A stretch of 64,000 nt of DNA from the human T2T-CHM13v2.0 reference genome, Homo sapiens (GCF_009914755.1 NC_060926.1); one strand, 5' to 3'. Positions 28,668 through 42,435 are shown, numbered from the stretch's first letter. The notes: a model not told the origin generated them from the sequence alone. Made by a program: numbers and translations.

Positions 28668-28984
28668 CTCTTAAAAGTAAATGTTATTACCCACCTTTTA
28701 CAGATTAAGAAACTTAATATTACATCAAGGAATTAGTTTATAGCACTGGATGATCTGGCCTCAAATCTCCAGTGTGATCAGTATCAAGCTTTTCTCACTG
28801 TATCAACAGAGTTTTCCTAACAAATCATAAGACACAAGTAGTTTCTCCAACTTAATCTATTATACCCATAATTCACTTGCCTCCAGGGAAAAAAATTAGA
28901 TGAAACAGACTGTAGTGGCTTTGTGTAAAACAGCAGCTCCATTCCTTTAGCCCTATTCTAAAACAATAGACCATGTGCTGATAG

Positions 28985-29225
28985 CTAGCTAACCTCCATT
29001 CAGTGCTTCACTATGTGTCAGGCATTTGTTCCAAACACATTTTACATGGATTATCCCATTTAATCTTTACACTAAAGTATAATACTCTTATTACCCCATT
29101 TTAAAGAAGAGAAAACTGAGGCACAGTGAGATTAAGGAATTCATCCAGTTTCTGCTGCAAGTAGGGTGGCTAGCATTGTAATCTGGGCATTTGCCATGAA
29201 GCTGTGCCCTTAACCACTCCACTAT
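28985..29225 (-). mobile_element. MIR SINE, near full length
   Basis: ctatgtgtcaggca...attaccccattttaaagaagagaaaactgaggcacag...cttaaccact. Confidence 0.85.
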
Positions 29226-30218
29226 GTGCTATAAGGTGGAGCTGACTTCATGGGGGCTAATTCAACCAGGGGAGTGTGCTCATATTAACAGATCTGTGAA
29301 CTCCCTGGTTTGTTTGTGAGACAATTATCTATTTGCTTACCTGAATCACAGCAATAATAGTTATACCTCCCACTTACTGCATGCCTACTTGGTAGCATGT
29401 ACCTGGACAGAAGGTTTTCATTTTTATGACAAACCTGTAAAAAATGGCTTCTTAGCCTGGTTTTTCAGATGAGGAGTTTGATTCTCCATCCAAAGTCATA
29501 TGATAAAGAAGTGGTGAAACAGGAATTCCAACCCAAGTTTGTTTTGTTTTGTTTCTGAAATCCATAGACTGGAGTAGAATCTCAAATTATATGACATTTG
29601 TCTATGCTTATTTTTTAGTTTCCAAGGTGATGGATTATTTAAAAACCAAACGATTTTGAATGTAAAACAAGCTTAATTCAATTTACTTATAAACAATGAG
29701 CACTGACTCTTGTATACATTTAAGTTATGAGACACTCCAATATTAATTCGACCCACACTTTTCTTTCTATAATCTATTGCTCCCAAATATTCTATACTAT
29801 CTGCATGTCTGCCTTAGATACATAAGGATCCAGCCCTTTCCCATGTGTCTCTCAGGATGGCACCTTTGCTCTGGGCCGGATGCCATGGGGTTCTCAGTGA
29901 TGCGCACTGAATAATGCAAATATGAGGACATAATCACAGAAGGAAGCCCTTGAAATTCTAAAGATAAGGCCCACAGACCAGGGTACTTTGAATAAGTCAG
30001 TCATCCTTTTCCAAGGTTATACTTTTTCCCCCTAAAATAATAACTGCAGACACAGTTCTCAAAGCAAACAGGTCTGGTATAGTAGAGGCATTTTTAGACA
30101 ATTTTTTTCTATCTACTTGTTAAGCACATTTTAAAATACTGATTGCCAATAAAGGGCTTTCCATAGAATTCAAAATTCCAAGTCTCTGTCCCAAGCTTCT
30201 GGGAGCATTCCTCCATTT

Positions 30219-30528
<310 letters not shown>

Positions 30529-32898
30529 TAGTGTTAATACCCTAAGACTCCCCAGCTGACCACCAAATGTAGGCAGGTGGAGGGACTGACCTCCAGGGGG
30601 CACATGTCTCAGGTTGACAAACACATTTTCTCTTGATCCTTTTTTTCAGTATGATGAAGTATTCTACAAGACTCTCATTGAACCTTCTGATATCACATTC
30701 TAACCATTTATATAAAAGTCAAAAGCTCCTTGTCTTCAGGATTCCAAAGTTCTTAGCACAAAGGTCCAGGAAGTGTCTGAATTCTTTGGTGTCTGGTTCA
30801 GTATGGATGTTCGGGTCCCTCTTAGACTTGAGATAGAACAGGAAAGAGATGAATAGACAATGACAGAGGTAGAGAAAGTACCAACCCTTCCCAGGCTGTC
30901 GGCTTATTTGACTGTGGGAATCAATAAAAAGTATTTAGTGACTAAAATAGAATTTGAACCCAGTTCAGATCTGTAAGCTAACATTTTTTAGGCAACACCA
31001 TACAGCCTCTTCATCATTCCCTGGCCTCTTTCATCCTATCCCTTTTTCTCCCCCTTCCTCTTTCTCTCCTTTATTTCTCCTTAATCATCTTGCTTCTCTT
31101 TCTTATATCTTCTCAGTAAGTAAATAATCCACAACCTCACAGGTAAATTAAAGTTGCCATTCGCACATCTGTTGGCTCCCAGGTATGGTTCCAGGATACT
31201 GGGAATGTTAGGTAGTGAGAAAGATTCAGATGATATTAATTTCCTGCAAATGGAATATTCATGGCAGGCACAGTCTGGCCAATTGCTCATGGCCTGGCGA
31301 GTACGACTAGCCTCGATTGTACCTGGTCTTTGCGAATGTGGTGGCATGTTCACTGGCATCACATACTCCCTCTCATCTCCTGAATGGCTGACCAGTGCTT
31401 GCTTCAAGTTAGATTAGAGTTTGAGCTTTGTAACATAAGTCCCCTTCTGTCTGATCAATGAAATGAGGGATAGGTACTTGCCCGAGAGTTATGGGACCTG
31501 GCATTTAACGTGAGAACATGCATCTTCAGAAGCACTGGTGAGACTTCAGAATTCCTGAAAGCACTATTCTTGCAAGGCTTGAATGTACCTTCTCCACTCC
31601 ACCATGTCCTCTCCCAACCCTACTAGCATGATATCAAGCTTGGGTGGAGAGCTCGCTTGCAACTTTGTCAGATACCCATGAGCCACTCTTTGAATTTCTG
31701 ACAATGAACAAGTATGTGGGAGGCCAACCCCATCCAACCTGACCCATCTGAACCCAATCACATGTTTTCTATTTTGAAATAAACAGGCAGGGTCTCAGGA
31801 ATTTTAAGTGAGTCCTCTATATCTTTCTCTATCTTCCTTTTCTTCCACTAATTATTACAGAATTGATCTGCCAGTAATTACTACTAAATTGAATTTCAGG
31901 GGCAGTGCTGTATCTGGCCCCAATACCCTAAGTCCAGTAATAGCCTGGAATGTTGCTGAGTTGTTACCGTCCTTAAAGGGTGAAGCCACAATGATACTTT
32001 CTATAACTTCTATTTGGTCTTTTTAAGCCCAGCACTTAGAAGGATTCACTTGTGGAGACCTTTTCATTTCTTTCAACTCTACAGCTTAGTGCCTGAAAGG
32101 CACATATTGGTCTCTGTGAATCTCTACGTTAAGAATCTGATTTGCAGCACTGGAAACCTTGCTAGTCTTAGCTCTGGGCTGAATCCCATGAAGCCACGCC
32201 ATGCCTAGGGCTTTCATGCTGTAGTCCATACCTCTGAAGAAAACGGAGAGAAACATCTTCCTCCCTTCTTCCCCCCAAGTGTGTGTCTGTTCTCGTCAGA
32301 TTCTTGGCAGGGTTACCAACTCTCTTCTAAGCAACTTGGATTCACAACAGAATGATTCCTTTTCAATGCCAATCTAAACAAATGCCATCAACTCTTATCC
32401 CAGGGAGTATGAAAAACAGAAGAGTCCTTTGTGACTCTGATTGGCTTTGTGACTTCCTTGGGGCTGGTGTTGGTCTCAGGCTTGTGTCTCGCAGTCATCC
32501 AAAATGTGGGTGGGCCATGTCCCACCTTAACTGTGGTTGTGAACGCAGAGGATTCACTCAACTTTCAGCATGCAACAATAATCAAATGCAGTTTTATGGT
32601 TCACAGAGGGCTCCACCGTCATGATTTCATTTGATCCTCCTAACAACCCTGGGAGCTCAGAGAGACTAAGGAACTTGTCTCATATCACATACCCAGGAGT
32701 TGACTGCACGGCATCTGATGCCAGCTTCTGTACCACGTGTCCTCCTGGTGATACTAGAGTAAATAAAACATAACTAGACAAGTAAATATTTTGTACAAAG
32801 TAATCTGCTAAAAATGTGGATGGCATTTTAGGTTATTTGTTGGTTTGGGTTATGCCTCTTCTTATTTTGTAGATAACTGAAAGCTAAGAGCATTGTCT

Positions 32899-33215
32899 TA
32901 TTTATTTATTTATTTATTTAGGCAGAGTCTCACTCTCTCACCCAGGCTGGAGCGCAGTGGTGCGATCTCAGCTCACTGCAACCTCCACCTCCCAGGTTCA
33001 AGGATTCTCCTGTCTCAGCCTCCCAGGTAGCTGGGATTACAGGCCCCTGCCACCACACCTGGCTAATTTTTCTATTTTTAGTAGAGACAGGGTTTCACCA
33101 TGTTGGCCAGGCTGGTCTCGAACTCCCGACCTCAGGTGATCCACCTGCTTCGGCCTCCCAAAGTGCTGGGATTACAGCACTTTGCAATCCCATGCGTGAG
33201 CCACCGCACCCAGCC
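32899..33215 (-). mobile_element. AluS carrying a 16-nt internal insertion
   Basis: Dimeric Alu; TSD cattgtct at 32891-32898 and 33216-33223; extra cactttgcaatcccat at 33178-33193. Confidence 0.96.
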
Positions 33216-33444
33216 CATTGTCTGTCTTCATAAGCAGAAGGCTGTGGCACAGGGTAGGAGAAGAACATGAAGACAAAGTTGAGGGGAGTTGCTTATCTCA
33301 TGCTTCTTGCTGCTCTGCCTGAAGCAAAAATGCTTTATGGATACTTCACTTATGATTTAAAATAATAGCTCACATTGTGTACTTACTGTGTGCCAGGAAC
33401 TGTGCTAATTCTTTATATTATGCCCATAAAACCTGCTTCTGAAG

Positions 33445-33812
33445 CATTGGGGGGTTTGCACTTGCCGTTCCCTCTGTCTGGAATGCCTCCCTATGCCTAC
33501 CTTCATGAACCTCTTCCCTTTACTTTCCCCATCTCTGTTCAGGTGTCACATTTTTAGTTATTCTTTCCTGACCGCTCAGTATAAAGTAGCTCACACCTCT
33601 ACGTTATCACACTCCCTCTTACCTGCTCTATTTGTCTTTATAGCCCTGCTCACAATTATAGTGTACATGGATTTCTTAATGTGTGCTTTATCTTCCCCCT
33701 CCCATCGGAATATAAACTCCTTGAGAGCAAGGATGATATTTTCCCCTGCTGTTTTCTCAGTACCAAGAAGAGTGCCTGGCACGTAGTAGCTGTTCAACAA
33801 ATATTTGCTGTG
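33445..33812 (+). mobile_element. L2 3' end lying between two MIR halves (~33360-33420 and ~33815-33945)
   Basis: tttgcacttgccgttccctctgtctggaatgc...tataaactccttgagagcaagg...agtgcctggcacgtagtagctgttcaacaaatatttg. Confidence 0.88.
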
Positions 33813-34837
33813 TAAATTATCTCATTTTATAGATAAGGAATCTGAGGTTCTAAGGGAGTAAATCATTGACTTCAGGGGACACAACAGGCAAGAGGTGGAA
33901 CACAGTCATGAGCTAAGGCAGTCCCAGATCCTGCCTGACCCTTCACTCTCTTCCTCATTCAGTGAATCGTAAGGCACTTGGGCTGTTTGAGCAGTGCCCT
34001 TATCCATACCCTGCCCAGTCAGGGCCTCCCAGAACCAGGTAAAAGGATCTGGCCCCCTCTGCCATCCTCCCACTGGTGCCCTTCCCCTCCCACCCACCGC
34101 AACCCCCATCTAGGGAGAGGAAACTCTTTTTCCACCTAAATTCCCCCTCTGTCTAGTTCATCCAAGTCATCTCCCTTCCCACCACACTGTTTACACTTGT
34201 GGGTCTGTGTTGATGCATATCACAGCCCCCTTAGTCATTGTTTAGCCATTATACTTTGCAGGGGTAATTTTCCATCCCTCTGTTTATATTTTTGCTTCTC
34301 CTTCATGTGCTCCCCCTCCCACTTCTTAAGGGCAAAGGAAGACATGTTCAGTCATACAAGCAATAATAGAGTTATAATTAAGATGGGAACATTTTGCCAA
34401 AAGGAGGATTTAGTTGTGATTTGTTGAATGCCATCCTGAGTGCATTATTTAAGAGCAAATTCAAGCTCTTTCATGAGACTTCCTGAACAGTGCAGTCCTC
34501 TGAGCCTGCTGTCTCTATAGTCTTTGTGTCAGCTTTGTGGGGTCAGGATTGCGCGTGAAGGATACATGTTTAGCAAGGCCTGGTTGCTGAAAAAGCTTAA
34601 AAGGAAACTTCAGGGACTATCTAGGAAGATCTTCTGTGATCTGTTCTCTGATTTTGTGTGCTCTTTTGTGGTTAGCCATTGCTCTTGGTACCGTGTGGGA
34701 CTTAGCACCCTGTGCCTCAAGGTAAGAACACACTTCCAGCCCAGCTTCAGTTTAATGTTCACTATGAGAGTCTCCAGTAACAACCCACACTCTGCGTGGG
34801 ATTCACTGCCTTTCCCATGTCCTGGTGTTGGACATAC

Positions 34838-34927
34838 ATACTGGACAGAGTTACTGCCTTTTCCCCTAGTAATTAGGGGAAAAGGACCACATTTTCCCCT
34901 AGTAATAGGGGAAAAGGTGTCCAGTAT
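34838..34927. repeat. Nested inverted repeat: two tandem palindromic units closed by a 10-bp outer inverted repeat
   Basis: atactggaca(34838-47)...ccttttccccta gtaat taggggaaaagg accaca ttttccccta gtaa taggggaaaagg tgtccagtat(34918-27). Confidence 0.92.
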
Positions 34928-35104
34928 CAGAGCTAGGTAGAGCTGAATTTGGATATGAACTTGAGCTGTACCCCATGGTGTCTTTTCTTGCAGTCCTAGC
35001 CTCCAGCGCCTTTAGAATTTGCATTCTGTTTGGTGGGATGAGGACGGTGGCAGTGGAGACAGGGTGAGAGGAGCATGGATGGGTCCTAAGCCTTCCTGTC
35101 TTCA

Positions 35105-35588
35105 GCAGCATCTCGTGCTCTGCGGCTCTGCTGTGTGCCTCAGGGGCTGCCCATTTTCAGGTTGCATTTATTAGCTTCCTGGATGCTCTGGCTTCCAGTA
35201 GGGTTTAGCCTGTGGGAGGCACTGGATGGAGATGGGAGGGAGGGAGAGAGGACAAGAGAAGTCATGTTATTTCTCCTTTGCCTTCCCAGCCTGGGAGGTT
35301 TCTCCAGTAGCAGCTGCCTCTCTTCTTGGATTCCAGACCCCACTAGACAGGTGTGCTGTGGCTCCAGCTTCTGTCTGGTGTTGCTGGCCCCTGGTTCACC
35401 TGACTCCAGCTCCTCCTCCTCCATGCAGCTGGGTCCTGCTGCTGCCTCCCTCTGCTCTGCCTTGCTGTCCCCTGTCAGGCCTCTCAGCTCCTCCATCCCC
35501 TGGGTTACCAACTCGCTATACTGAAATCCTTCTGTTTTAGAAACTCATATGTGATTTTCATTCTTCTTGGTTGGACACTGACTGATAT
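35105..35588 (+). mobile_element. ERVL solo LTR (LTR33/LTR16 group)
   Basis: ctctggcttccagtagggtttagcctgtgggaggcactgg...ttggacactgactgata terminus. Confidence 0.7.
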
Positions 35589-38249
35589 TGAGGGATTTGT
35601 CTTAGAAGTAAAGCTGTGTGAGCATTTTCTCTTGGTAAGTTCTCATTTTCCCTTAATCATTAGAAGACACGGCACAGTAAACGCGAGCTCATGAGCAGAA
35701 GGCTACATAGTTGTATACATGTGTGTGCTTTTTTTCACACCAGAGTTTGATGAAGCAAAATACCCAAAGGTCTTTTAAAAGTAAAGAGGTTTTAAGAGTA
35801 AAGAAATTTAAGAAAAAAAACAAAAAGAAGTAAAGATGGTTAGGTCTCCTGTTTGCTCTCCTTTTGCAATCAGTCTGTCTCGCTCTGTGAGCTGACTATG
35901 CTGCAGACTTTTCTTTTACCTCCAGCCTTTCGCTTGTAGGGTTTGAGGCTAGGGGCGGGGAGAGAGAGTTCAGCCCAGCAGGCAGCAAACCCTATGTGCA
36001 AACACGATGTGTGAACATTGTGTGCTTGGGGGAACTGGGATTATTTAGCTGAGAAGACACGAAATCTCCTCCCCTTATTTGGGCTTTGGGATCTGAGTTC
36101 ATTGGAAGCTGAAATGTAAGAGAAAGAAGAAAGGGGGAAGGAGTGGGACAAAGGAGAGGGGAGTGGGAGATCAGACTGGGCACATTCTCCCTCACAGAGG
36201 GAAGCGATTTCTTTGTTAGGAAAGCAGTTCTGTTTTGAGACCCGGATGCCTTGTTTATGCTCAGGTGTGAAGCTGGCTTAGGAATTGAGTTTAGCTTGCC
36301 TCTGTGCTTTTATGAATGTGTTGGCTGCTCAGCAAATTTAGTACAGAAACATTTTATGTAAGCAGAAGAGAAAATTATATTTTAAAAGTTGTTTTAACAG
36401 AAGGTCAGAGTATGGGATTGAGAATTAAAAAAAAAAAAAAGGAAATTCTGTGTTCTAGGCTTTAAGACAGAGAGTCACACACACTAATTTAGACCAGCTG
36501 GGGTGATCTCACAGGGACTCCATGGGCCAGAGCTGCCGTTCCTCCATGGAGAGCACATTTCCCCTAGAAATGTGTACTCAGGTGCAGCTGAAGGGTCTGA
36601 GGTCATGGCTGCATCCCTGGCCAGGGTCCTCCCAGGCTGCAGCCTCTGCTTCCTCTGTTGTCCATTGGTCTAGAGCCATCCTTCGAGACCAGAGCCAGAC
36701 CATGAGCGAGCCAAATGTGCATGAGGACAGCATGAATTATCCTTGGAGACCAGGGGGCCCTGTTCATCCAGACATTGTCTTTCTTTTTAAAGAAGCTAAA
36801 TGCCTCTTTTTCCCTCTTTCTTCTTGCATGACCTCTGGGAGCTTGGGCAGTAAATTTCTCTGGGACAGGTTGTGAGGAACCTCTTCAAAGAAGCAGAGAT
36901 GAGACAAACTGTTTATCAGTTCACTCTCTACCCCTGCTGCCCTCCCAATGCTCAGGTGGGCCCTAGATTCATCCAGAAGCCAGGGTGTTGTGCTTCATGA
37001 AAGGGCCAATACCCCTAATGTGGGACCTATACAATAAAAGGCAAGGGCAGAAAGAGAGAAGAAATAAAAGGAAAAGGGGTGTCTTGAGGGGAGTACATGA
37101 TAGACTCCTGTGCCTGGAAGGGACTAGGAAACTTATACTGACTGGTTCACTGCATTTGCTCAAAGAGTATTCATCTTCTTGAGTTTGTCAGGTGACTGTA
37201 AGAGCTGGGTTCAAGTTCTTTGGTTCACTATTATATGCCTAGCTGAGCACAATGCCTGGGACTTAGAGGGAAGGTCTGGGACTTCACCAGGATTCCCAAA
37301 ATAGAACAAAGCATTTGTTATTTGCAAAAGGTTCACAAAGCCTGAAAAAATATGTGTTGTCTCTGGTGGAAAAGTAAGGGAATATAGCTTAAGTACCTAC
37401 TACGCTCTGACTCTTTGGATTTCACCTGCAGGGCTTTTAGAGGTGGATAATCAGGGCCATCTTTTTCGGGGGTGGGGGGCGAAAACAACCACTGAAGAGG
37501 TGAAGAATCTTGTAGTTCTAAAAGGATCAGAGAGAGGCTTAAAACAACTTTTGCAAACTGAAATATGCCAGCCAGCTTAAATTAGCAAAGCTGGAACTGT
37601 GGCAGAATGAATAGCCCGTGTCTGAGTGAGAGGGAAGGAAAGGGTCTACTGTGTGATAGGCAATGGTTCCAAAGTAGGAGTAGGGGCCTAGTGTGGTCAT
37701 GCCTTCTGATATGTCAAGAAAAGGCAAAAAGTTGATATTTATTTGAAATATTCTGATTTTATAGGTTGGTGATCAATTAAAAAACTAACAAATACAGTTA
37801 ACAAACATGTTTTAATGCTTGCAGACAGGATCCTTCCTGCCGATGTTTGGCCTTTGTCTTTAATGGAATTTGGGCTGCCCCATAACAGCCCACCCTAAGC
37901 AAAACTTCTTTTCTGCCTTTCTTTTATATTGTTTTTTATGGAATGTAGAGGGATTTTTCTGGAATTTTTGGAACGGGGAAATTAGTGACAATGGTGGTGC
38001 TGAGATTCCTGTTTATTTCTTGGCTTTTCCCCAATTCCCTGAGGGAACTCATTTCTTTTGGATCTTCCATAACATCGGTCACATAGTTGGGCACAGAGAG
38101 GGCCCACACTTGGTACATGTTGATGAAATAAATGTGTCTTCCTCTAAGTCTAGCTGAATGGAGAACTGAAATATTAGGGTGGGTGAAAGTTACCTAAATT
38201 GTTTGCTGCCAAATTTTGCTGTGTTCTTTGTCTCCAGTTCTGTGAGGTG

Positions 38250-38742
38250 TGTGTTAGATACCTATTGCTGTATAACAAATCACCCCCAAAACATATCTGT
38301 TTAAAGTAACAAACATTTATTATAGCACACATCTGTAGGTCAGGAATTCAAGTGCCTCTTAGCTGGTACTCTCATGGGGCTGTAAAGGAAATATCAGTTG
38401 GTGCTGCAGTCTCATCTGAAGGATCCACTCCAAATTCATTCATGTGGTTATTGGCAGGATTCGGTTCCTCACCCTGTATTGGACTGAGGGCCTCAGTTCT
38501 TCACTGATTGTTTGACCGGAGCTCTCCTTCCATTCTTTGCCATAGGGCCTCTCCATAGGGCAGCCCCGAACATGGGATCTGGTTTCCATTAGAGCAAACA
38601 AGCAAAGGAAAGCAGTGCAAGACAGAAGCTGCAATGTTTTGGTAACCTAATCTCAGGAGTGACCCTCCTGTCACTGCTTCTATGCTGTATTCTAGTCATT
38701 AAAGGAGACCATCTCACACTCAAGGGGAGAGACTACACAAGC
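38250..38742 (-). mobile_element. MLT1 (MLT1F-like) MaLR LTR
   Basis: ctattgctgtataacaaatcacccc...ggtcaggaattc...gctgcagtctcatctgaagg...ttggactgagggcctcagttc...cacactcaagggga. Confidence 0.85.
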
Positions 38743-41700
38743 CATAGTGCTGCCATGGCAACACAACCATTAGGATGATGCCTTGAGCCTTCCTTCTTCA
38801 TATTTCTTAGACTTCCTTTCTGACCTAGAGGAGCCAGAAGGACTTGGGACTTGTCATACCGTCCAATCCCAAGAAATGACAGGAATGAAGGAATTTTTAA
38901 AAATTCAACTCATTTCAACACACACACAAAAAATGAGAGAAGTGAGTCAATTTGAGAACTGAAATTCTGGTAGACTTTTGGGGAGACACTAGAAGGGCCA
39001 TGTTCATGAGTAGGAACCATAGATTCTGAGTCAATTGGGCATGAAAGTTTTTCTCCTGGTGTCCCGATCTTGGTCGTATAGTGACCAAGCATCCAAGAAG
39101 GGGATAACACAATGTTCTTACAGTGTTTTCTCTGTTGTATTAATAACTCAGGCATCAGCCAGTGGAATGGGCAAAGCTAAGTGAAGGTTTGAATGCCAGA
39201 CAGATTCTCCATTGGCTAAACCCAATAGACATGAATAAGGAATAAGGCCAGGAATCAGCATCCAGATATATTAATTTATGAATCTGAGGTTATTCCAAAA
39301 AGCAAGAGAACAGGAGCACCATTGGCTGAGACGGACACCAATACCAAGCTCTAGAGAGTAATTTCAGGCAGAAAGGAAACCTTAATTACCAGAGGTTCAA
39401 GGGATAGGCACACAGTAAGTCCAAATAGGCAGAAAGAAGGCATCAGGGATAATCTGGCAGAGACTGCATTCAAGGTCAAGGGCAGGGCATCCCAGCTGCT
39501 GTTGAGACTGGGCTCCAAGGAAGTCTCCCTGGAGAGACTGAAAAACAATCCTGGGCCTTAATCACTGAGGACTGAAACACAACATAGGAGAAAACTAGGG
39601 CTTAAGAGAGGCTTGGTCAAGAAATAGGCAAGAACCTGATTATTGGGGAACAAGAGATCCACAGTCAGGCTGGACCAGTAGCAAGACAGCAAGAGTAGAC
39701 AAAAAGTTGACCACTGCCAGAAACCAAGATTGGTCTCTGAGTCTGGCATGGGGCTGAAACTACTTGTTGAGATCAGGCTGTCTCACTTGCCAGGGGTAGA
39801 GTCATGCTGGAAGTGGAGCCAGGACAGACATTGAACCCTGGCTACCCTGTGATCAATTGCACTCCATACCCTTTGATACCTCATGGGAAAATCAGACAAG
39901 TGCTGTTCTGAAAGGCAATTAGGTTTCATGATTTCCTCCCCCATCCGGACATCAGCATGAAATTGGGGGCTTGGCTTCCAAGCCCATGTTCTTCCTTTTT
40001 GTGAAGGGCAGGGTGAGACAAAGGACACCACAGGCCAGAGCAACCCTCTGCTTCCATACAGGCCCTAGAAGAGAAGTGAGGACGCGGGTGACCCACACGG
40101 CCTTCTGTGCCTCTTCAACAGCTACTCTCCCAGCCTCCCATTTCTGCCAAGCCACATTCTCCACAGGACTCAAACATTTAGCTTTACTTTAGACTTTTCC
40201 AGGAATCTTCCCAAATCTCCTTTCCTCATCCCCCCTCACCTCTTCCTCACCACCCACAGCCCCCTCCTCCACCCCCATGTACAACATCCGGCTTTTACTC
40301 ATGCTTGTTTCTAATTATGCATACTAATTTATTTTCTTTCCTTTTTTCCTGACCTGCCTATATTTTCCTACTCATTCTTTGGCCTCCACTACCGAAAAAT
40401 GGAATACTCCTCCTGTACAGGGTCAGGGTTTTTCCTTCCCCAGTGCCTAAAGCTGGATTCAGTCCACAGTGACTTCTCTAATAACAGAGTGTAAGGGACT
40501 CCTTGGTTGAAAAGAAGGAAAAACCCCAACTTGCCTTTCAGGGTCTCTTCAATGAGCTTGATTTGTGTTAAATTTAGGGGCTCAGGAATTTCTGCCGATT
40601 TGCAGCACTTACTACTCCTACCCTTCCCAACATTTGTGCTTTATCGAAACAACTAAATTAGGAGCAGCTTGAGGGTAGGGGTCAGAGCACAGACATTTTC
40701 TGTATTGCCTGTAGAAACTAGCACAGTACAGGCACCCCCTAAGTGCAAAAGAAGTCCTTGCTGACCCAGATGGAATTTTCCTGAAGTGAGTGCTTTGTGT
40801 CTATCTTTAGAACTAGACTTTCCTGATAAAATAGTCAGGAGATTTGGCTGAATTTTCCAGTATTCAACTGGCTATGTTGGGGTCATGTAGATACAACCTT
40901 TAAGAACATAATGACCTTTAAAATATCTATTCCTGAAGTCAGGTTTGGTCCCTAGTCTGTGGGCAGATGACTGTTTTCATGGTATGCTTTGTTCGTGTCC
41001 TTCCTGGGTGGGGGAGGATTTGGGGGGACAGTTTGACTCTAGTTATCTACAAAGTTGAGTTATGAGACCAGCCCTTTTCAACTTTACCTCTTGCAAATTG
41101 ATCCTGTAATAAATTGACATGACGAAAACACCAAAGCAACCAGAGAAATCTCACAAAGGCAAGAACACCATCACACAAGTCCTCAAAATCTTTCCCAAGA
41201 TCCACTAGGGGTTAATGCCACTGATCTGATACTGGGGCACAGCCTAGGAGGTTTTGCTGTCTCTGAACGCACATGTCTCCAGCTTACAGCTCACAGGCCA
41301 GCTTTGTTTTTGAACAGATTGTGTTGGGGGAAGGGAGGCTTCTGAGACAGAGCTGAGAGTCCCCAGCAATGCCATCCCTGGCTTCTGGCCCATCTGAATG
41401 CCTTACTCTTTCATGTAAGCAAGACATGAGGTCCTGCTGTTTGAGTTGGCTTTGCCCTGCTCCGTGATTTCAGTTCCTTGTCTCTCCAGCGTGTGGGCTC
41501 ATTTCCGTCCTCTGAGCACTATTGTTTTTCTGACTTGAACAGTCATCCAGAAAACCTCAGTAATAAGGCTTTTGTATCATTATTTACTTTGCTAATTATA
41601 TATGTCTTTCCCATCCCCAGTGCTTGAAGACATCAAATTGCAGTTGAAGTAACGGCAGAGGGAAAAGCAAGGGCAACAACAACAAACCACTTCACTCCTC

Positions 41701-42069
41701 TGGGTGGAAACATGCAATTGTACCAAGAGGGATAAGGAAAAAACTGCTCATGTTTGCAGAAAGAAGTTGGAATAAGGGCGTGAAAGCAGGCGGGCTACTT
41801 TAGCATCTGATGCCAGGGATATGAGAGAGTAGCCCAGTGTGTTCATTCAAAAAGTAAGGCTCTGAGGCCAGGACCAGGAAAGATCCTGGAGTCCCCAGTC
41901 ACAATGGCATGAAGCAGGATGATGCAGAGAGGCTAAGGGGGTGATTCAGTGGGTTCTTTACCTATAAAAATGATGGAAACCCCAACATCAGCTGGGCAAG
42001 TGGCCCTGTTCAGAGCTCCTGGACTCGCCATGACTAAAACACTCTGTTTTATTTCGTAGTTGATATCTA

Positions 42070-42435
42070 TTGTTCTTGCCTCCCAGCAAGCAATGGAACA
42101 GCACCTTTACTTTCCTTTGAGAAACTATTCCTTTCCCATTCTCAGGGCTTGTGAGGATCAAGTGAGGTCACATAATCCAGATCTGGCCAATCAGCCCATC
42201 TCATGCTACTGGCTACACTAATTGGTTTAGGGATAGTAAAGTACTCAAATTTGTTTACTGAACATTTAGCCCTGGAATTTTGGTGATGGGAGGTGTAGAG
42301 GGTAAACTCTTGATGATATCATTTGTGTACCTGGGTCCAGCCATGCCTGAACTTTTCAATTACTTGACCCAGTAAATTTCCTTATTCATTTAAATGTTAG
42401 AGTTGAGTTTTGTCTCTTATAACTGAAAGAGTGAC
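42070..42435 (+). mobile_element. Old MLT1-type MaLR LTR
   Basis: ctggccaatcag...cctgggtccagccatgcctgaac...gagttttgtctcttataactgaaagagt. Confidence 0.7.

Noticed and set aside
39060-39780. Purine-rich stretch possibly derived from an ancient LTR element
   Set aside because: No diagnostic termini or motifs that I can assign by eye.
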